From contig JANPJN010000808.1 of assembly GCA_031425515.1 (NCBI GenBank), positions 1 to 38,622 of the forward strand: 38,622 bases of DNA, written 5' to 3'. Positions 10,602-18,920 of this stretch are shown here, piece by piece. This stretch comes from Acidobacteriota bacterium. Lineage in GTDB: Bacteria; Acidobacteriota; Vicinamibacteria; Vicinamibacterales; 2-12-FULL-66-21. The notes beneath the pieces were generated by a model, which did not search any database, was not told where the DNA came from, and saw nothing but the letters and a program-made list of their open reading frames with translations. Both the position numbers and the translations under genes were made by a program. Within the stretch, counting starts at the first letter, position 1, and every line of letters starts with the position of its first letter.

Positions 10602-12130
10602 CAGAGCCCTGCCTCGGCCATGGCGAGCGCCGTCAGCACCGCTCGCGCCTTGTCGCGCGTCTCCTCGAACTCGGCCGCGGGGTTGGAGTCGGCGACGATG
10701 CCGGCGCCGGCCTGGATGCGGGCGCGGCCGTTACGAATGGTGATGGTGCGGATCGCGATGCAGAAGTCCAGATTGCCGGCGAAATCGATGTAACCGACCG
10801 CCCCCGCGTAGATGTCGCGCCGGGTCGGCTCGAGCTCCGACAGGATCTGCATCGCCCGGATTTTCGGAGCGCCCGAGACCGTGCCGGCCGGGAAACAGGC
10901 GACGAGCGCGTCGAGATAGTCCCGATCGGCGGCCAGCCGGCCGTCCACGGTGGAGACGAGGTGCATGACGTGGGAGTAGCGCTCGATCGACATGTACTGC
11001 GGCACCCGGACGGAGCCGAACTCGCAGACGCGTCCCAGGTCGTTGCGCCCGAGATCCACGAGCATGACATGTTCGGCACGCTCCTTCTCGTTGCGCTTCA
11101 GCTCCTCCCCGAGTCGCACGTCCTCGTCGTCTGTTGCGCCGCGCGGCCGGGTGCCCGCGATTGGATGGGTCTCGACGTGCCGGCCCTCCACGCGGACGAG
11201 CATCTCGGGCGAGGACCCGACGATCGAGAGGCCGCCCAGGCGTGTGAAGTACATGTAGGGGGACGGGTTCACGTGGCGGAGCGCCCGGTAGACCGTGAAC
11301 GGATCGGCGGTCACCTCCGCCTCGAAGCGCTGCGAGAGCACGGCCTGATAGATGTCGCCGGCGGCGATGCGCTCCTTGATCGTGCGGACGCCGGCCTCGT
11401 ACGCCTCGCGCGTCATGTTGGAGCGGACCTCGGGCGCCGGCTGCGTCTGGCGGTCCGGCTGCGAGAGCCCGCGCTCGAGCTCTCGCTCGAGGAACTCGAT
11501 GCGTGCGCAGGCGAACTGATAGAGCGCGCGCAGATCTTCGTCCGCGCCGACACGCGCGTTGGCGATGATCAGGATGCGGTGCTTCACGTGGTCGAACGCG
11601 AGCACTGTGTCGAAGAGCATGAAGCCGGCTTCGTCTTCCGCTTCGTCTTCCGCTTTGTCGGGGGCCGCTGCGTGGGCCGCCCCATCGCTCCTGCTCCACC
11701 GGGCCGAGGCCCAGGCGTCGAGCAGGGCCGGCTCGAAGACCGGCGAGGCGTCGTAGCCGATGAAGCCGACCGCGCCGCCCGTGAAGCGCGGAAGGCCGGG
11801 CACGAACGGCGCCTGGAACTCGGCCATGAGGCGGCGGAGCGCCGCGACGAACGGCTCCCCGCTCTCGGTGGTGACGCCCGAGCGGTCGATGATCGTGCGC
11901 CCCGCCCGCTGCCGGAGCACCAGGAAGGGATCCTTGCCAAGGAACGAGTAGCGCGCCACGCGTTCGCCGCCTTCCACGCTTTCAAACAGAAAGGCGTAGT
12001 CGGAATGCTCGGCGATTTTCAGGAACGCCGACACCGGCGTGAGCAGGTCGGCGATGATCTCCTTGATGACCGGCACGAACGTGCCGCGCCGCGAGAGATC
12101 CACGAACTCCTCGAACGTCGTCTGCTTCAC
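10601..12130 (-). CDS. trpE: Anthranilate synthase component I
   Basis: Motifs [51 protein letters not shown] and [20 protein letters not shown]. The GTG start at 12130 overlaps the aroDE stop (GTGA). The 999-aa track ORF is an out-of-context extension through aroDE. Confidence 0.92.
   Translation of the reverse strand: MKQTTFEEFVDLSRRGTFVPVIKEIIADLLTPVSAFLKIAEHSDYAFLFESVEGGERVARYSFLGKDPFLVLRQRAGRTIIDRSGVTTESGEPFVAALRRLMAEFQAPFVPGLPRFTGGAVGFIGYDASPVFEPALLDAWASARWSRSDGAAHAAAPDKAEDEAEDEAGFMLFDTVLAFDHVKHRILIIANARVGADEDLRALYQFACARIEFLERELERGLSQPDRQTQPAPEVRSNMTREAYEAGVRTIKERIAAGDIYQAVLSQRFEAEVTADPFTVYRALRHVNPSPYMYFTRLGGLSIVGSSPEMLVRVEGRHVETHPIAGTRPRGATDDEDVRLGEELKRNEKERAEHVMLVDLGRNDLGRVCEFGSVRVPQYMSIERYSHVMHLVSTVDGRLAADRDYLDALVACFPAGTVSGAPKIRAMQILSELEPTRRDIYAGAVGYIDFAGNLDFCIAIRTITIRNGRARIQAGAGIVADSNPAAEFEETRDKARAVLTALAMAEAGL
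11629..11652. repeat. 12-bp tandem duplication (cttcgtcttccg x2, plus a partial third copy) inside trpE
   Basis: Identical 12-mers lie at 11629-11640 and 11641-11652. They encode the acidic AEDEAEDEA stretch in a TrpE surface insertion. Confidence 0.8.
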
Positions 12131-13617
12131 GGGATGTCCTCTGCCGCGCGCGGGCGGTGCCCGCCGTCGGCGTTGGCCGCGGCGGCGGCAAACAGGCCGG
12201 CCGGCGGGCGTTGCCCTGTCCACAATTCGAATTGCCGCTCGGCCTGGGCCACGAGCATCTCGAGGCCGCCGATCGTCAGGCACCCCGCGGCCCGGGCGCG
12301 CCGGAGGAGCGGCGTCTCGGCCGGCACGTAGACCAGATCGAACACGATTTCGCCGTCGAGCGCCACGCGGGCCGTCGGATCGTCCTGCGGGCCGCGGCTC
12401 CCCGCCGATGTGGCATTGACCAGCACGTCCCAGCTGCCGGGGGCCGGCGGCCACACGCCGGCGGTGGCGCCGGACAGGCGGGCAACCTCCGCCGCAGCCT
12501 CCGGCCGTCGCGCGCAGATGGTCACGGCCGTTCCCTGGCTCACGAGCGCGACCGCCACCGCCCGGGCGGCGCCGCCGGCGCCGACCACCGCCGCGCGCGT
12601 GCCCTTGAGCGCGATGCGGCCGGCCAGCGGGGCGAGAAAACCCTCCACGTCGGAATTCGCGCCGACCCAGCGCCCGTCCCGGACGATGAGCGTGTTGACC
12701 GCGCCGACGCGCCGGGTGAGCGCATCGACCTCGTCCAGGTGATCCAGCATCCCGACCTTGAAGGGGGCCGTGATGCTCGCGCCCCGCATCTTGGTGGCGC
12801 GGGCGAACGCGACGAAGTCCGCGACGTCGGCGGCCTGGAGCGGGACGTACACCGCGTTGAGCCCGAGGGCCGCGAAGCCGGCATTGTGCATGACCGGAGA
12901 GAGCGAGTGCGCGATCGGATTGCCGACGACGCCGAAGAGCGCGGCGTCGGGGCGGATCCGGCGGAAGCGGAACTCGTTCACCAGCCGATCGGCCGGCATC
13001 TGCCCGGGCGCGACGGCGTCTCCGGCATACGTCCAGCGATTGCGCAACCGCGCCGCCAGCAGTCGGGTCGGCACACCAGCCTGCCCCATCGCCAGCAGCA
13101 CATGCCCATCGACGTCGTCCGATGCCGAGAAGAGCGGTTCGTCTGCCAGCGCCATCAGGGACACCGCGTCGGTGAGCCGGGTGGCCGTGACGGCAATCTT
13201 GATCACCTCCGCCCCCGTCGCGCGCATCGTGCGCGCCCGGTCGGGCAGGTCGGCGGGCACGCCGTCGAAGTCGTGCATCGAGAGCACCACGCCCCGGCCA
13301 TGCCGGCGGCGCACCAGCGCGGGGGCGAAGGCGGCGCGCGCCTCGACATCCACGTACTCGGCGCCAGCGGCCTGGGCTTCGGTCAGGATCCGTTCGCGCT
13401 CCGCTTCGGAGCCCGCAAACGCCCCCCCCTCCCATGCCGCGCGGCACGTCACCACCACCGGACGGCGCCGCCCTTCGAGCGCGCCGGCGGCGTCCGGGCG
13501 GTCCACGGCGTCGAGGCGCACCTCGACGAGGTCGGCGTTGGCGGCGGCGTCGCGCGCACGGCGCACCTCCTCCATCGTCCGTCCCGTGACCGTGACACAC
13601 ACCAGGGGATCGCGCAT
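12127..13617 (-). CDS. aroDE: Bifunctional 3-dehydroquinate dehydratase (type I) / shikimate 5-dehydrogenase fusion
   Basis: The N-terminal half is AroD-like (VCVTVTGRT, LVEVRLD, GAEVIKIAVTA with the Schiff-base Lys). The C-terminal half is AroE-like (FGVVGNPIAHSLSPVMHNAGF, SITAPFK, GAVNT, VVGAGGAARAV). The ATG at 13617 is preceded by AGAGG. Confidence 0.9.
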   Translation of the reverse strand: MRDPLVCVTVTGRTMEEVRRARDAAANADLVEVRLDAVDRPDAAGALEGRRRPVVVTCRAAWEGGAFAGSEAERERILTEAQAAGAEYVDVEARAAFAPALVRRRHGRGVVLSMHDFDGVPADLPDRARTMRATGAEVIKIAVTATRLTDAVSLMALADEPLFSASDDVDGHVLLAMGQAGVPTRLLAARLRNRWTYAGDAVAPGQMPADRLVNEFRFRRIRPDAALFGVVGNPIAHSLSPVMHNAGFAALGLNAVYVPLQAADVADFVAFARATKMRGASITAPFKVGMLDHLDEVDALTRRVGAVNTLIVRDGRWVGANSDVEGFLAPLAGRIALKGTRAAVVGAGGAARAVAVALVSQGTAVTICARRPEAAAEVARLSGATAGVWPPAPGSWDVLVNATSAGSRGPQDDPTARVALDGEIVFDLVYVPAETPLLRRARAAGCLTIGGLEMLVAQAERQFELWTGQRPPAGLFAAAAANADGGHRPRAAEDIP

Positions 13618-13625
13618 GAGCCTCT

Positions 13626-13665
13626 AAAACGCAAAAAGCCTCCTCAGCCGGGGCTGAGGAGGCTT
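13626..13665 (-). terminator. Intrinsic terminator hairpin directly upstream of aroDE (attenuator terminator)
   Basis: The minus strand reads AAGCCUCCUCAGC-CCCG-GCUGAGGAGGCUU, a 13-bp perfect stem, followed by UUUGCGUUUU. It ends about 9 nt before the AGAGG SD and the ATG at 13617. Confidence 0.7.
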
Positions 13666-13694
13666 CGTGGAATCCTTATCCTGCCGTGTGCAGG

Positions 13695-13793
13695 TTAACG
13701 AACCGCCCCCCCAGCGCACGCGTACCACCACCAGAAAGAACCTGCGGTTCCGCGGCGGAATCGATACGGCTGGGTGAGGAGCGGAGACGTCAA
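13695..13793 (-). CDS. Candidate aromatic (Trp) leader peptide; minimal extent, start codon unresolved
   Basis: The frame contains TTC TGG TGG TGG TAC (F-W-W-W-Y, 13722-13736) and stops at TAA 13697-13695. There is no in-frame ATG. In-frame alternative starts are TTG 13793, TTG 13832, TTG 13838 (GAGGG lies 10 nt upstream) and GTG 13913. Confidence 0.4.
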   Translation of the reverse strand: MTSPLLTQPYRFRRGTAGSFWWWYACAGGAVR

Positions 13794-13802
13794 AACGTTG
13801 TG

Positions 13803-13832
13803 ACGATAACAGAGGGATCCGATGGCTGTCAA
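13803..13832 (-). promoter_or_regulatory. Sigma70-type promoter candidate for the leader and aro/trp operon
   Basis: The minus strand has TTGACA (13832-13827), an 18-nt spacer, then TATCGT (13808-13803) preceded by TGt (extended -10). Confidence 0.35.
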
Positions 13833-13872
13833 TTTCAAGCGCGGCGGACCCTCGCGGGACCGGGCTTTCTCC

Positions 13873-13901
13873 TTGACCGGCAAGCAGTTACTGCTTATAA
13901 C
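13873..13901 (+). promoter_or_regulatory. Sigma70-type promoter candidate for the S55 peptidase gene
   Basis: TTGACC (13873-13878), a 17-nt spacer, then TATAAC (13896-13901). GGAG (13933-13936) precedes the ATG at 13940. Confidence 0.45.
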
Positions 13902-13939
13902 TGGATCATCCACTTCCCCCAGGCCCTGACCCGGAGCTT

Positions 13940-15823
13940 ATGAAGATCCGCACTGCCGCCGCGGCGCTTGCGCTCATCGTTGTCTGTTGGAGATCGACGC
14001 CGGCCGTGTCCGTGCTGATGCCGATCGAAGAGGTTCGCCCTGGCATGACGGGCATCGGCCGCACTGTCTTCGAGGGGACGGATCTCGAGGAGTTCAAGGT
14101 GTCGATCCTTGGTGTGCTCCGCAACATCCAGGGGCCCAACCGCAACCTGATTCTCGCGCGTCTCGAAGGCGGCCCCCTCGCAAAGACGGGCGTGGCGGCC
14201 GGCATGAGCGGGAGTCCTGTCTACATCGACGGGCGGCTCGTCGGCGCCGTGTCGTATTCGATCGGGGCGTTTCCAACCGAGGCGATTGCCGGCATCACGC
14301 CCATTGGCGAGATGACGGACGCCACGCAGATGACGAAGCGCCCGGCCTCCGCCCAGGCGCGGATCGAACTGCCCCTCACGCGCGAGACGCTCGCGGCATC
14401 GCTCCGCTCGGCGTTCGCCCGCGTGGATCCATTCGCCCGTCGCCCGGGCGACGTACAGGTTTTCGGGCTGCCCGAGGCCGTGGGTGCGCAGATGGGCGCG
14501 ATGCTGCGGCCAATCTCCACGCCGCTCGTGATGAGCGGGTTCGAGCCGGCGACGATGGATATGCTCTCGGGCGCATTCGGGTCCGCTGGATTCACGCCGG
14601 TCGTCGGCGGCGCGGCCTTCGGATCGGGCGCGGCCCTCCCGGGCGCACGCGATCTCGAGCCGAAGGGGGCGCTGCGGGAGGGGGATGCGATTGGCGTGTC
14701 GCTCGTCGGCGGCGATCTGGAGATGGGCGCCACCGGCACCATCACGCATATCGACGGCGATCGGATCTACGCCTTCGGCCACCCGTTCTTCGGTCTCGGC
14801 CCGGCGCAGTTCCCGATGACGCGCGCCTACGTCTACACGATGCTTCCGAGCCTGATGTCCTCCTTCAAGATCTCCTCGATGGGCGAGGTGATCGGCACCA
14901 TGCAGCAGGACCGGGCCACCGCCATCGCCGGCACGCTCGGGCCCGGGCCCGCCACCATCCCGATGGCCGTCTCGCTCCAGTCCACGCGTGAGGACGGCAG
15001 CCGCTCGACCCGCACGTTCAACTACCGGGTCGCCCACGACCAGGCGTTCACCCCGCTGCTCGCCTACGTGGCGCTCGCCAACACGATCACCGCCTACGAG
15101 CGGCAGTTCGGCCCGTCGACGTTCGCCGTCAGCAGCCGCACGCGCATCAAGGGGCATGCCGACCTGCTGCTGGAGGACGTCTTCACAGGCGACAGCGCCA
15201 CGCTCGGGGCCGCCACCGCCGTCGCCGGCCCGGTGTCGATGCTGCTCGCCAACGACCTCGAGCCGATCACGGTCAACGGCATGGACGTTACCGTCGAAGC
15301 CAGCGAGACCTCACGCAGCGTGAAGATCGAACGCGTCTGGCTCGACGAGGTACGGCCGCGCGCCGGCCGCACGGTGCCGTTGAAAGTCCTCACGCGCAGC
15401 TATCGCGGCGAGGAGAAAATCTCCACCGTTCCAATCGCGATTCCGGCCCACGTGTCGGGCGCCCTGTCGATTCTCGTGACGGACGGGCGGCAACTGAATG
15501 CGATCGAACAGCGCGATCTCCGCCGCTCCCTCCAGCCGCAGAGCGTGGCCCAGATGATCCGCGTGCTGAACGACACGCGCCGCAACAACCGGATCTACGT
15601 CCGCCTCCTCAACGGCCGCCCCGGCGCCGTCGTCAACGGCGAGGCGCTCACGGCGCTTCCCCCCTCGGTCCTGTCCGTCATCGAAGGCGACAGCAACGGC
15701 GGCAGCTACACCCCCATCCGCAGCGCCCCGGTCGGCGAATGGGAGATCCCGATGGGGTCGGCCGTCACCGGCTCACGGCTGCTCGCCATCGACGTCGAGT
15801 CCCGCGGCGCGCCGGGCCGCTGA
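13940..15823 (+). CDS. Secreted peptidase S55 (SpoIVB-like) domain protein, 627 aa
   Basis: Signal-like N-terminus (MKIRTAAAALALIVV). The N-terminal domain carries AAGMSGSPVYIDGRLVGAVSY, matching the GMSGSP catalytic-serine motif of SpoIVB/S55 peptidases. The long C-terminal region has no motif I recognise. Confidence 0.75.
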   Translation: MKIRTAAAALALIVVCWRSTPAVSVLMPIEEVRPGMTGIGRTVFEGTDLEEFKVSILGVLRNIQGPNRNLILARLEGGPLAKTGVAAGMSGSPVYIDGRLVGAVSYSIGAFPTEAIAGITPIGEMTDATQMTKRPASAQARIELPLTRETLAASLRSAFARVDPFARRPGDVQVFGLPEAVGAQMGAMLRPISTPLVMSGFEPATMDMLSGAFGSAGFTPVVGGAAFGSGAALPGARDLEPKGALREGDAIGVSLVGGDLEMGATGTITHIDGDRIYAFGHPFFGLGPAQFPMTRAYVYTMLPSLMSSFKISSMGEVIGTMQQDRATAIAGTLGPGPATIPMAVSLQSTREDGSRSTRTFNYRVAHDQAFTPLLAYVALANTITAYERQFGPSTFAVSSRTRIKGHADLLLEDVFTGDSATLGAATAVAGPVSMLLANDLEPITVNGMDVTVEASETSRSVKIERVWLDEVRPRAGRTVPLKVLTRSYRGEEKISTVPIAIPAHVSGALSILVTDGRQLNAIEQRDLRRSLQPQSVAQMIRVLNDTRRNNRIYVRLLNGRPGAVVNGEALTALPPSVLSVIEGDSNGGSYTPIRSAPVGEWEIPMGSAVTGSRLLAIDVESRGAPGR

Positions 15824-15860
15824 GCCTTCGCCGCCCCGTCACTTCTGCTAACGTGCATCC

Positions 15861-18170
15861 ATGCTGAAGCTGTCCGGTGTTTTCCGGCGCGCCCGCCGGA
15901 CTCGTGCTCGAACCTCGCCGGCCGCACGATCCACGCGGTGGGGCCTCGCGCTGCTGCTGCTGGCGGCAGCCGCGGGGGCCGTGCGATTCGCCGTCCCGCT
16001 CCGAGCCGCAGCGGCCACCTTCTGGACCGTCTCCACGCAGGCGGATTTCCTCAAGGGGGATGCCGAAGACGTCTCCATCGACAGCGACGGACGGCTCTTC
16101 CTCGGGCCTTCGCCTTCGCTCGTGGCGGAAACCGCCGCGCCGTTCCTGTGGACGGCTTTGCTCGGGACGGACGGCACGTTGTGGGCCGGCAGCGGCAATG
16201 AGGGTCTCGTCCTGAAGGTCGGCAAGGACGGCAAGCTCACCACGTTCTTCGACGCCCCGGAGCTCGAGGTGCACGCGCTGGCGCACGCACCGGGCGGCGG
16301 CCTGTACGTCGGCACCTCGCCGGACGGCAAGGTCTATCACGTGGCGGCCAACGGCACGTCCCGTGTCTTCTTCGACCCGGGCGACAAATACATCTGGTCG
16401 CTCGCCGTGGACGCGTCGGGCCACGTCTTCGCCGCGACGGGCGACAAGGGCATCATCTACAAGATCCGCCCTGACGGCACAGGCGCCTCCTTCTACCGCA
16501 CCAACGCCGGCAACGTCGTCGCCCTGGCCTTCACGAAATCCGGCGACCTTATCGCCGGCACCGAATCGCCCGGACGCGTCTTCCGCATCGACCCGGCCGG
16601 CAAGGCCTTCGTCCTGCTCGACTCTCCGTACCGCGAAATCCACGCGGTTCGGCTCGCAGACGATGGGACGATTTATGCCGTGGCGGTCAACGGCACGCAG
16701 GGTGGGGACAGCCGCGCGACGGACCCGCTCCCTGCCGAGCCCGCGCGCCAGCCGGTCGCCTCGGTCTCCACGGAGATCACGGCCGTTACCGTTGTGGACA
16801 ACGCCGTCGGCGGGATCCCCTCCTCCGCCCAGGGCCGCTCCGCGCGGAAGCCAGGCCGCGGCGCCATCTACCGCATCCGCCCTGACGGCATGTGGGACGC
16901 GATGTGGGATTCGGGCGACGACGCCCCGTACGACATCGTCATCGAACCCTCGGGCAGTCTGCTCGTCGGCACGGGGACGGAGGGGAAAATCTTTCGCGTG
17001 AGCGGCGATCCCGCCCGCGCCACGTTACTCGCGAGGGCGTCGGCGCGGCAGGTCACGGCACTGCTGAGAGAGCCCTCCGGTCGCATCATCGGCGCGGCCA
17101 GCAACCCCGGCAAGCTCTTCGCGCTGTCGCCTGCCGCGGCGCGTCGCGGCACCTTCGAGTCGGAGGTCAAGGACGCCACGACCGTTGCGAGCTGGGGCGT
17201 GATCCGGTGGAGGGCGTCGGGCCCGGCCGGTGCCGTCAACGTCTTCACGCGGACGGGCAACACGGCGACTCCCGACGAGACGTGGAGCGCGTGGTCTTCG
17301 GCGTACGCCAACGCGGGCGGCGAGCAGATCGTCAGCCCCACGGCGCGCTATCTCCAGTGGCGCGCGGTGCTCACGGCGCCGGGAGGCGACGGGCCCGTCC
17401 TCACCTCGGTGACGGCCGCCTACCTTCCACGGAACCTCCGTCCAGAGATTGCCTCGATCACGGTCCATCCTCCGGGCTCGGTCTTCCAGCGCCCCTTCTC
17501 CACCGGCGAAACCGAGCTGGCGGGCTTCGACGATGCCGCGGCCGATGCGCGGTTCGCGGCGCAGGCGTCGGCCAGCAGCGGGCCCGGCCAGGCAGGCGCG
17601 GCCCCCGCCCTGGGGCGCCGCATCTATCAGAAGGGGCTGCAGACGTTCGTGTGGAAGGCGGACGACGAGAACGACGATCGCCTCCAGTTCGACGTGCTCT
17701 ACCGGCGTGAGGGGGAAACCGCCTGGCATCCGCTGCAGCGCGGGCTCTCCGACCCGATTTACGTGTGGGACACCACGTCGGTGCCGGACGGGACGTATTT
17801 CGTGAAAGTGGCCGGGTCGGACGCGCTGTCGAATTCGCCTGGCGCCGTGCTCGTGGGCGAGCTCGAAAGCGTGAGCTTCGACATCGACAACACCGCGCCG
17901 CACATCGAGCTGCAGCCGGCGGCGCGCGCCGGGTCGCGGACGACGCTCGTCTTCAGCGTGCGCGACGATCAGTCGCCGGTGCAGCGGGTCGAGTATTCGC
18001 TCGACGCCAGCCGGTGGCGCCTGGCGTACCCGAAGGACGGGATTGCGGATTCGCGGCGGGAGGAGTTCGAGGTCAGGCTGGACGACACCGAGAAGTCGAG
18101 GAGCGTGATCATCCGCGCCACCGACGCCATGAACAACGTGGCGACCGGCGTCGCCGGGATCCCGCGGTAG
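15861..18170 (+). CDS. Secreted beta-propeller repeat protein with C-terminal Ig/Fn3-like domains, 769 aa
   Basis: Signal-like N-terminus. It has repeated blades of about 40 aa (GTLWAGSGNEG.V.K, GGLYVGTSPDGKVYHV, GHVFAATGDKGIIYKI, GDLIAGTESPGRVFRI, GSLLVGTGTEGKIFRV). Its C-terminal beta-sandwich-like segments include YVWDTTSVPDGTYFVKV. Confidence 0.7.
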   Translation: MLKLSGVFRRARRTRARTSPAARSTRWGLALLLLAAAAGAVRFAVPLRAAAATFWTVSTQADFLKGDAEDVSIDSDGRLFLGPSPSLVAETAAPFLWTALLGTDGTLWAGSGNEGLVLKVGKDGKLTTFFDAPELEVHALAHAPGGGLYVGTSPDGKVYHVAANGTSRVFFDPGDKYIWSLAVDASGHVFAATGDKGIIYKIRPDGTGASFYRTNAGNVVALAFTKSGDLIAGTESPGRVFRIDPAGKAFVLLDSPYREIHAVRLADDGTIYAVAVNGTQGGDSRATDPLPAEPARQPVASVSTEITAVTVVDNAVGGIPSSAQGRSARKPGRGAIYRIRPDGMWDAMWDSGDDAPYDIVIEPSGSLLVGTGTEGKIFRVSGDPARATLLARASARQVTALLREPSGRIIGAASNPGKLFALSPAAARRGTFESEVKDATTVASWGVIRWRASGPAGAVNVFTRTGNTATPDETWSAWSSAYANAGGEQIVSPTARYLQWRAVLTAPGGDGPVLTSVTAAYLPRNLRPEIASITVHPPGSVFQRPFSTGETELAGFDDAAADARFAAQASASSGPGQAGAAPALGRRIYQKGLQTFVWKADDENDDRLQFDVLYRREGETAWHPLQRGLSDPIYVWDTTSVPDGTYFVKVAGSDALSNSPGAVLVGELESVSFDIDNTAPHIELQPAARAGSRTTLVFSVRDDQSPVQRVEYSLDASRWRLAYPKDGIADSRREEFEVRLDDTEKSRSVIIRATDAMNNVATGVAGIPR

Positions 18171-18173
18171 CGA

Positions 18174-18920
18174 TCAGGAGCTCGACTTCCCTCTGACCGT
18201 CGTGTGTGCGACGAGCCACACGAAGTTGACCGCCACCGGCCCGCCATCCGACTGCGCCGGTTCCAGCCGCCCGCGCGAGAGCGCGTCCACCAGGGCCGTC
18301 ACGTCCCGGCCCTCCTGGTTCGCCGTGAGCAGTTCCAGCCCCGACACGCGCCCCTCGCGCGTCACGATGGCCGACAGCGGCACCACGCGGTCCTCATCTT
18401 CAATCGATCGCTCGAGCGTGGCATAGACGACGCCGTGGCCTGGAACGCTGGGCGCCTGGATGCGCCCGCCCAGCCGGACGGGATTCAGATTGGATCCCGA
18501 CGGCGCGCCGAGGACGGTGATCGTCGCCGCCAGCGAGTCGGCCCGCTCCGGCGACGCGAAGTGCAGCATCGAGAGGACCGCCGCGGCGCAGAGGAACGTG
18601 CCGGCGGTGGACGCGAGGCCGATCCACACGAGGTGCATGTCGTCGAAGGCCCGGCGCGCGCACGCCAGCCAGGACTCGTGCGCCTCGGCCCGCAGCCGGC
18701 TGACAACACCGGAACGGACGCCGGTCCAGTCGTCGGAGGGTGCCGGCGCGGCGGCGAGGCGAAGCGAGTCACCGAGCGCCCGGAGATCGTCGAGCGATTC
18801 GCCGCACGCACGGCAGTCGCGGACGTGCCCTTCGACCGCGATCTGCTCACGCACCGGCAGCTCCCGGTCGTAGAAGGGCTGCAACCGGTCCTGCACGTCC
18901 GGGCACGTCCAGGGCGTCAT
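18174..18920 (-). CDS. Zinc-binding (ZAS-type) anti-sigma factor with a TonB-C-like periplasmic domain
   Basis: The N-terminal segment CPDVQDRL...HVRDCRAC contains H-x3-C-x2-C. One TM segment is present (LVWIGLASTAGTFLCAAAVLSML). The C-terminal roughly 100 aa resembles TonB C-terminal domains. Its ATG overlaps the ECF sigma stop (ATGA). Confidence 0.75.
   Translation of the reverse strand: MTPWTCPDVQDRLQPFYDRELPVREQIAVEGHVRDCRACGESLDDLRALGDSLRLAAAPAPSDDWTGVRSGVVSRLRAEAHESWLACARRAFDDMHLVWIGLASTAGTFLCAAAVLSMLHFASPERADSLAATITVLGAPSGSNLNPVRLGGRIQAPSVPGHGVVYATLERSIEDEDRVVPLSAIVTREGRVSGLELLTANQEGRDVTALVDALSRGRLEPAQSDGGPVAVNFVWLVAHTTVRGKSSS

Noticed and set aside
10601-13600. A 999-aa ORF in the track, plus similar N-terminal extensions of real genes: 6289-8013, 7539-9110, 8189-9808, 1155-3260, 5194-5637, 20644-21834, 21393-22628, 22646-26203, 25890-27326, 27419-28801, 28558-30156, 30189-31553, 31382-31972, 32768-34549, 34569-35273, 35751-37595 and 45-683.
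   Set aside because: Only the C-terminal parts match known protein families. The upstream parts are Arg/Pro/Gly/Ala-rich translations that run through the preceding gene in another frame. Each real start is supported by a start codon overlapping or abutting the upstream stop, or by an SD.
13716-13736. On the minus strand, UGGUGGUGGUACGCGUG resembles the conserved T-box motif (GGGUGGUACCGCG). This raised the possibility of a tRNA-Trp T-box riboswitch.
   Set aside because: The motif is one base off. It lies about 50 nt from the terminator 5' arm, whereas a T-box antiterminator shares its 3' strand with the terminator. I could find no Stem I, specifier loop or K-turn in the short upstream region. 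The in-frame F-W-W-W-Y reading, with a stop just downstream, fits a leader peptide better.
13618-13939. The long intergenic region might encode a structured housekeeping RNA (RNase P RNA, 6S, SRP or tmRNA).
   Set aside because: None of the conserved cores I know is present on either strand. I looked for the RNase P GAGGAAAGUCC core, the SRP GGAAG/AGCA motifs, and tmRNA acceptor-like ends. The region is explained by two divergent promoters plus the leader and terminator.
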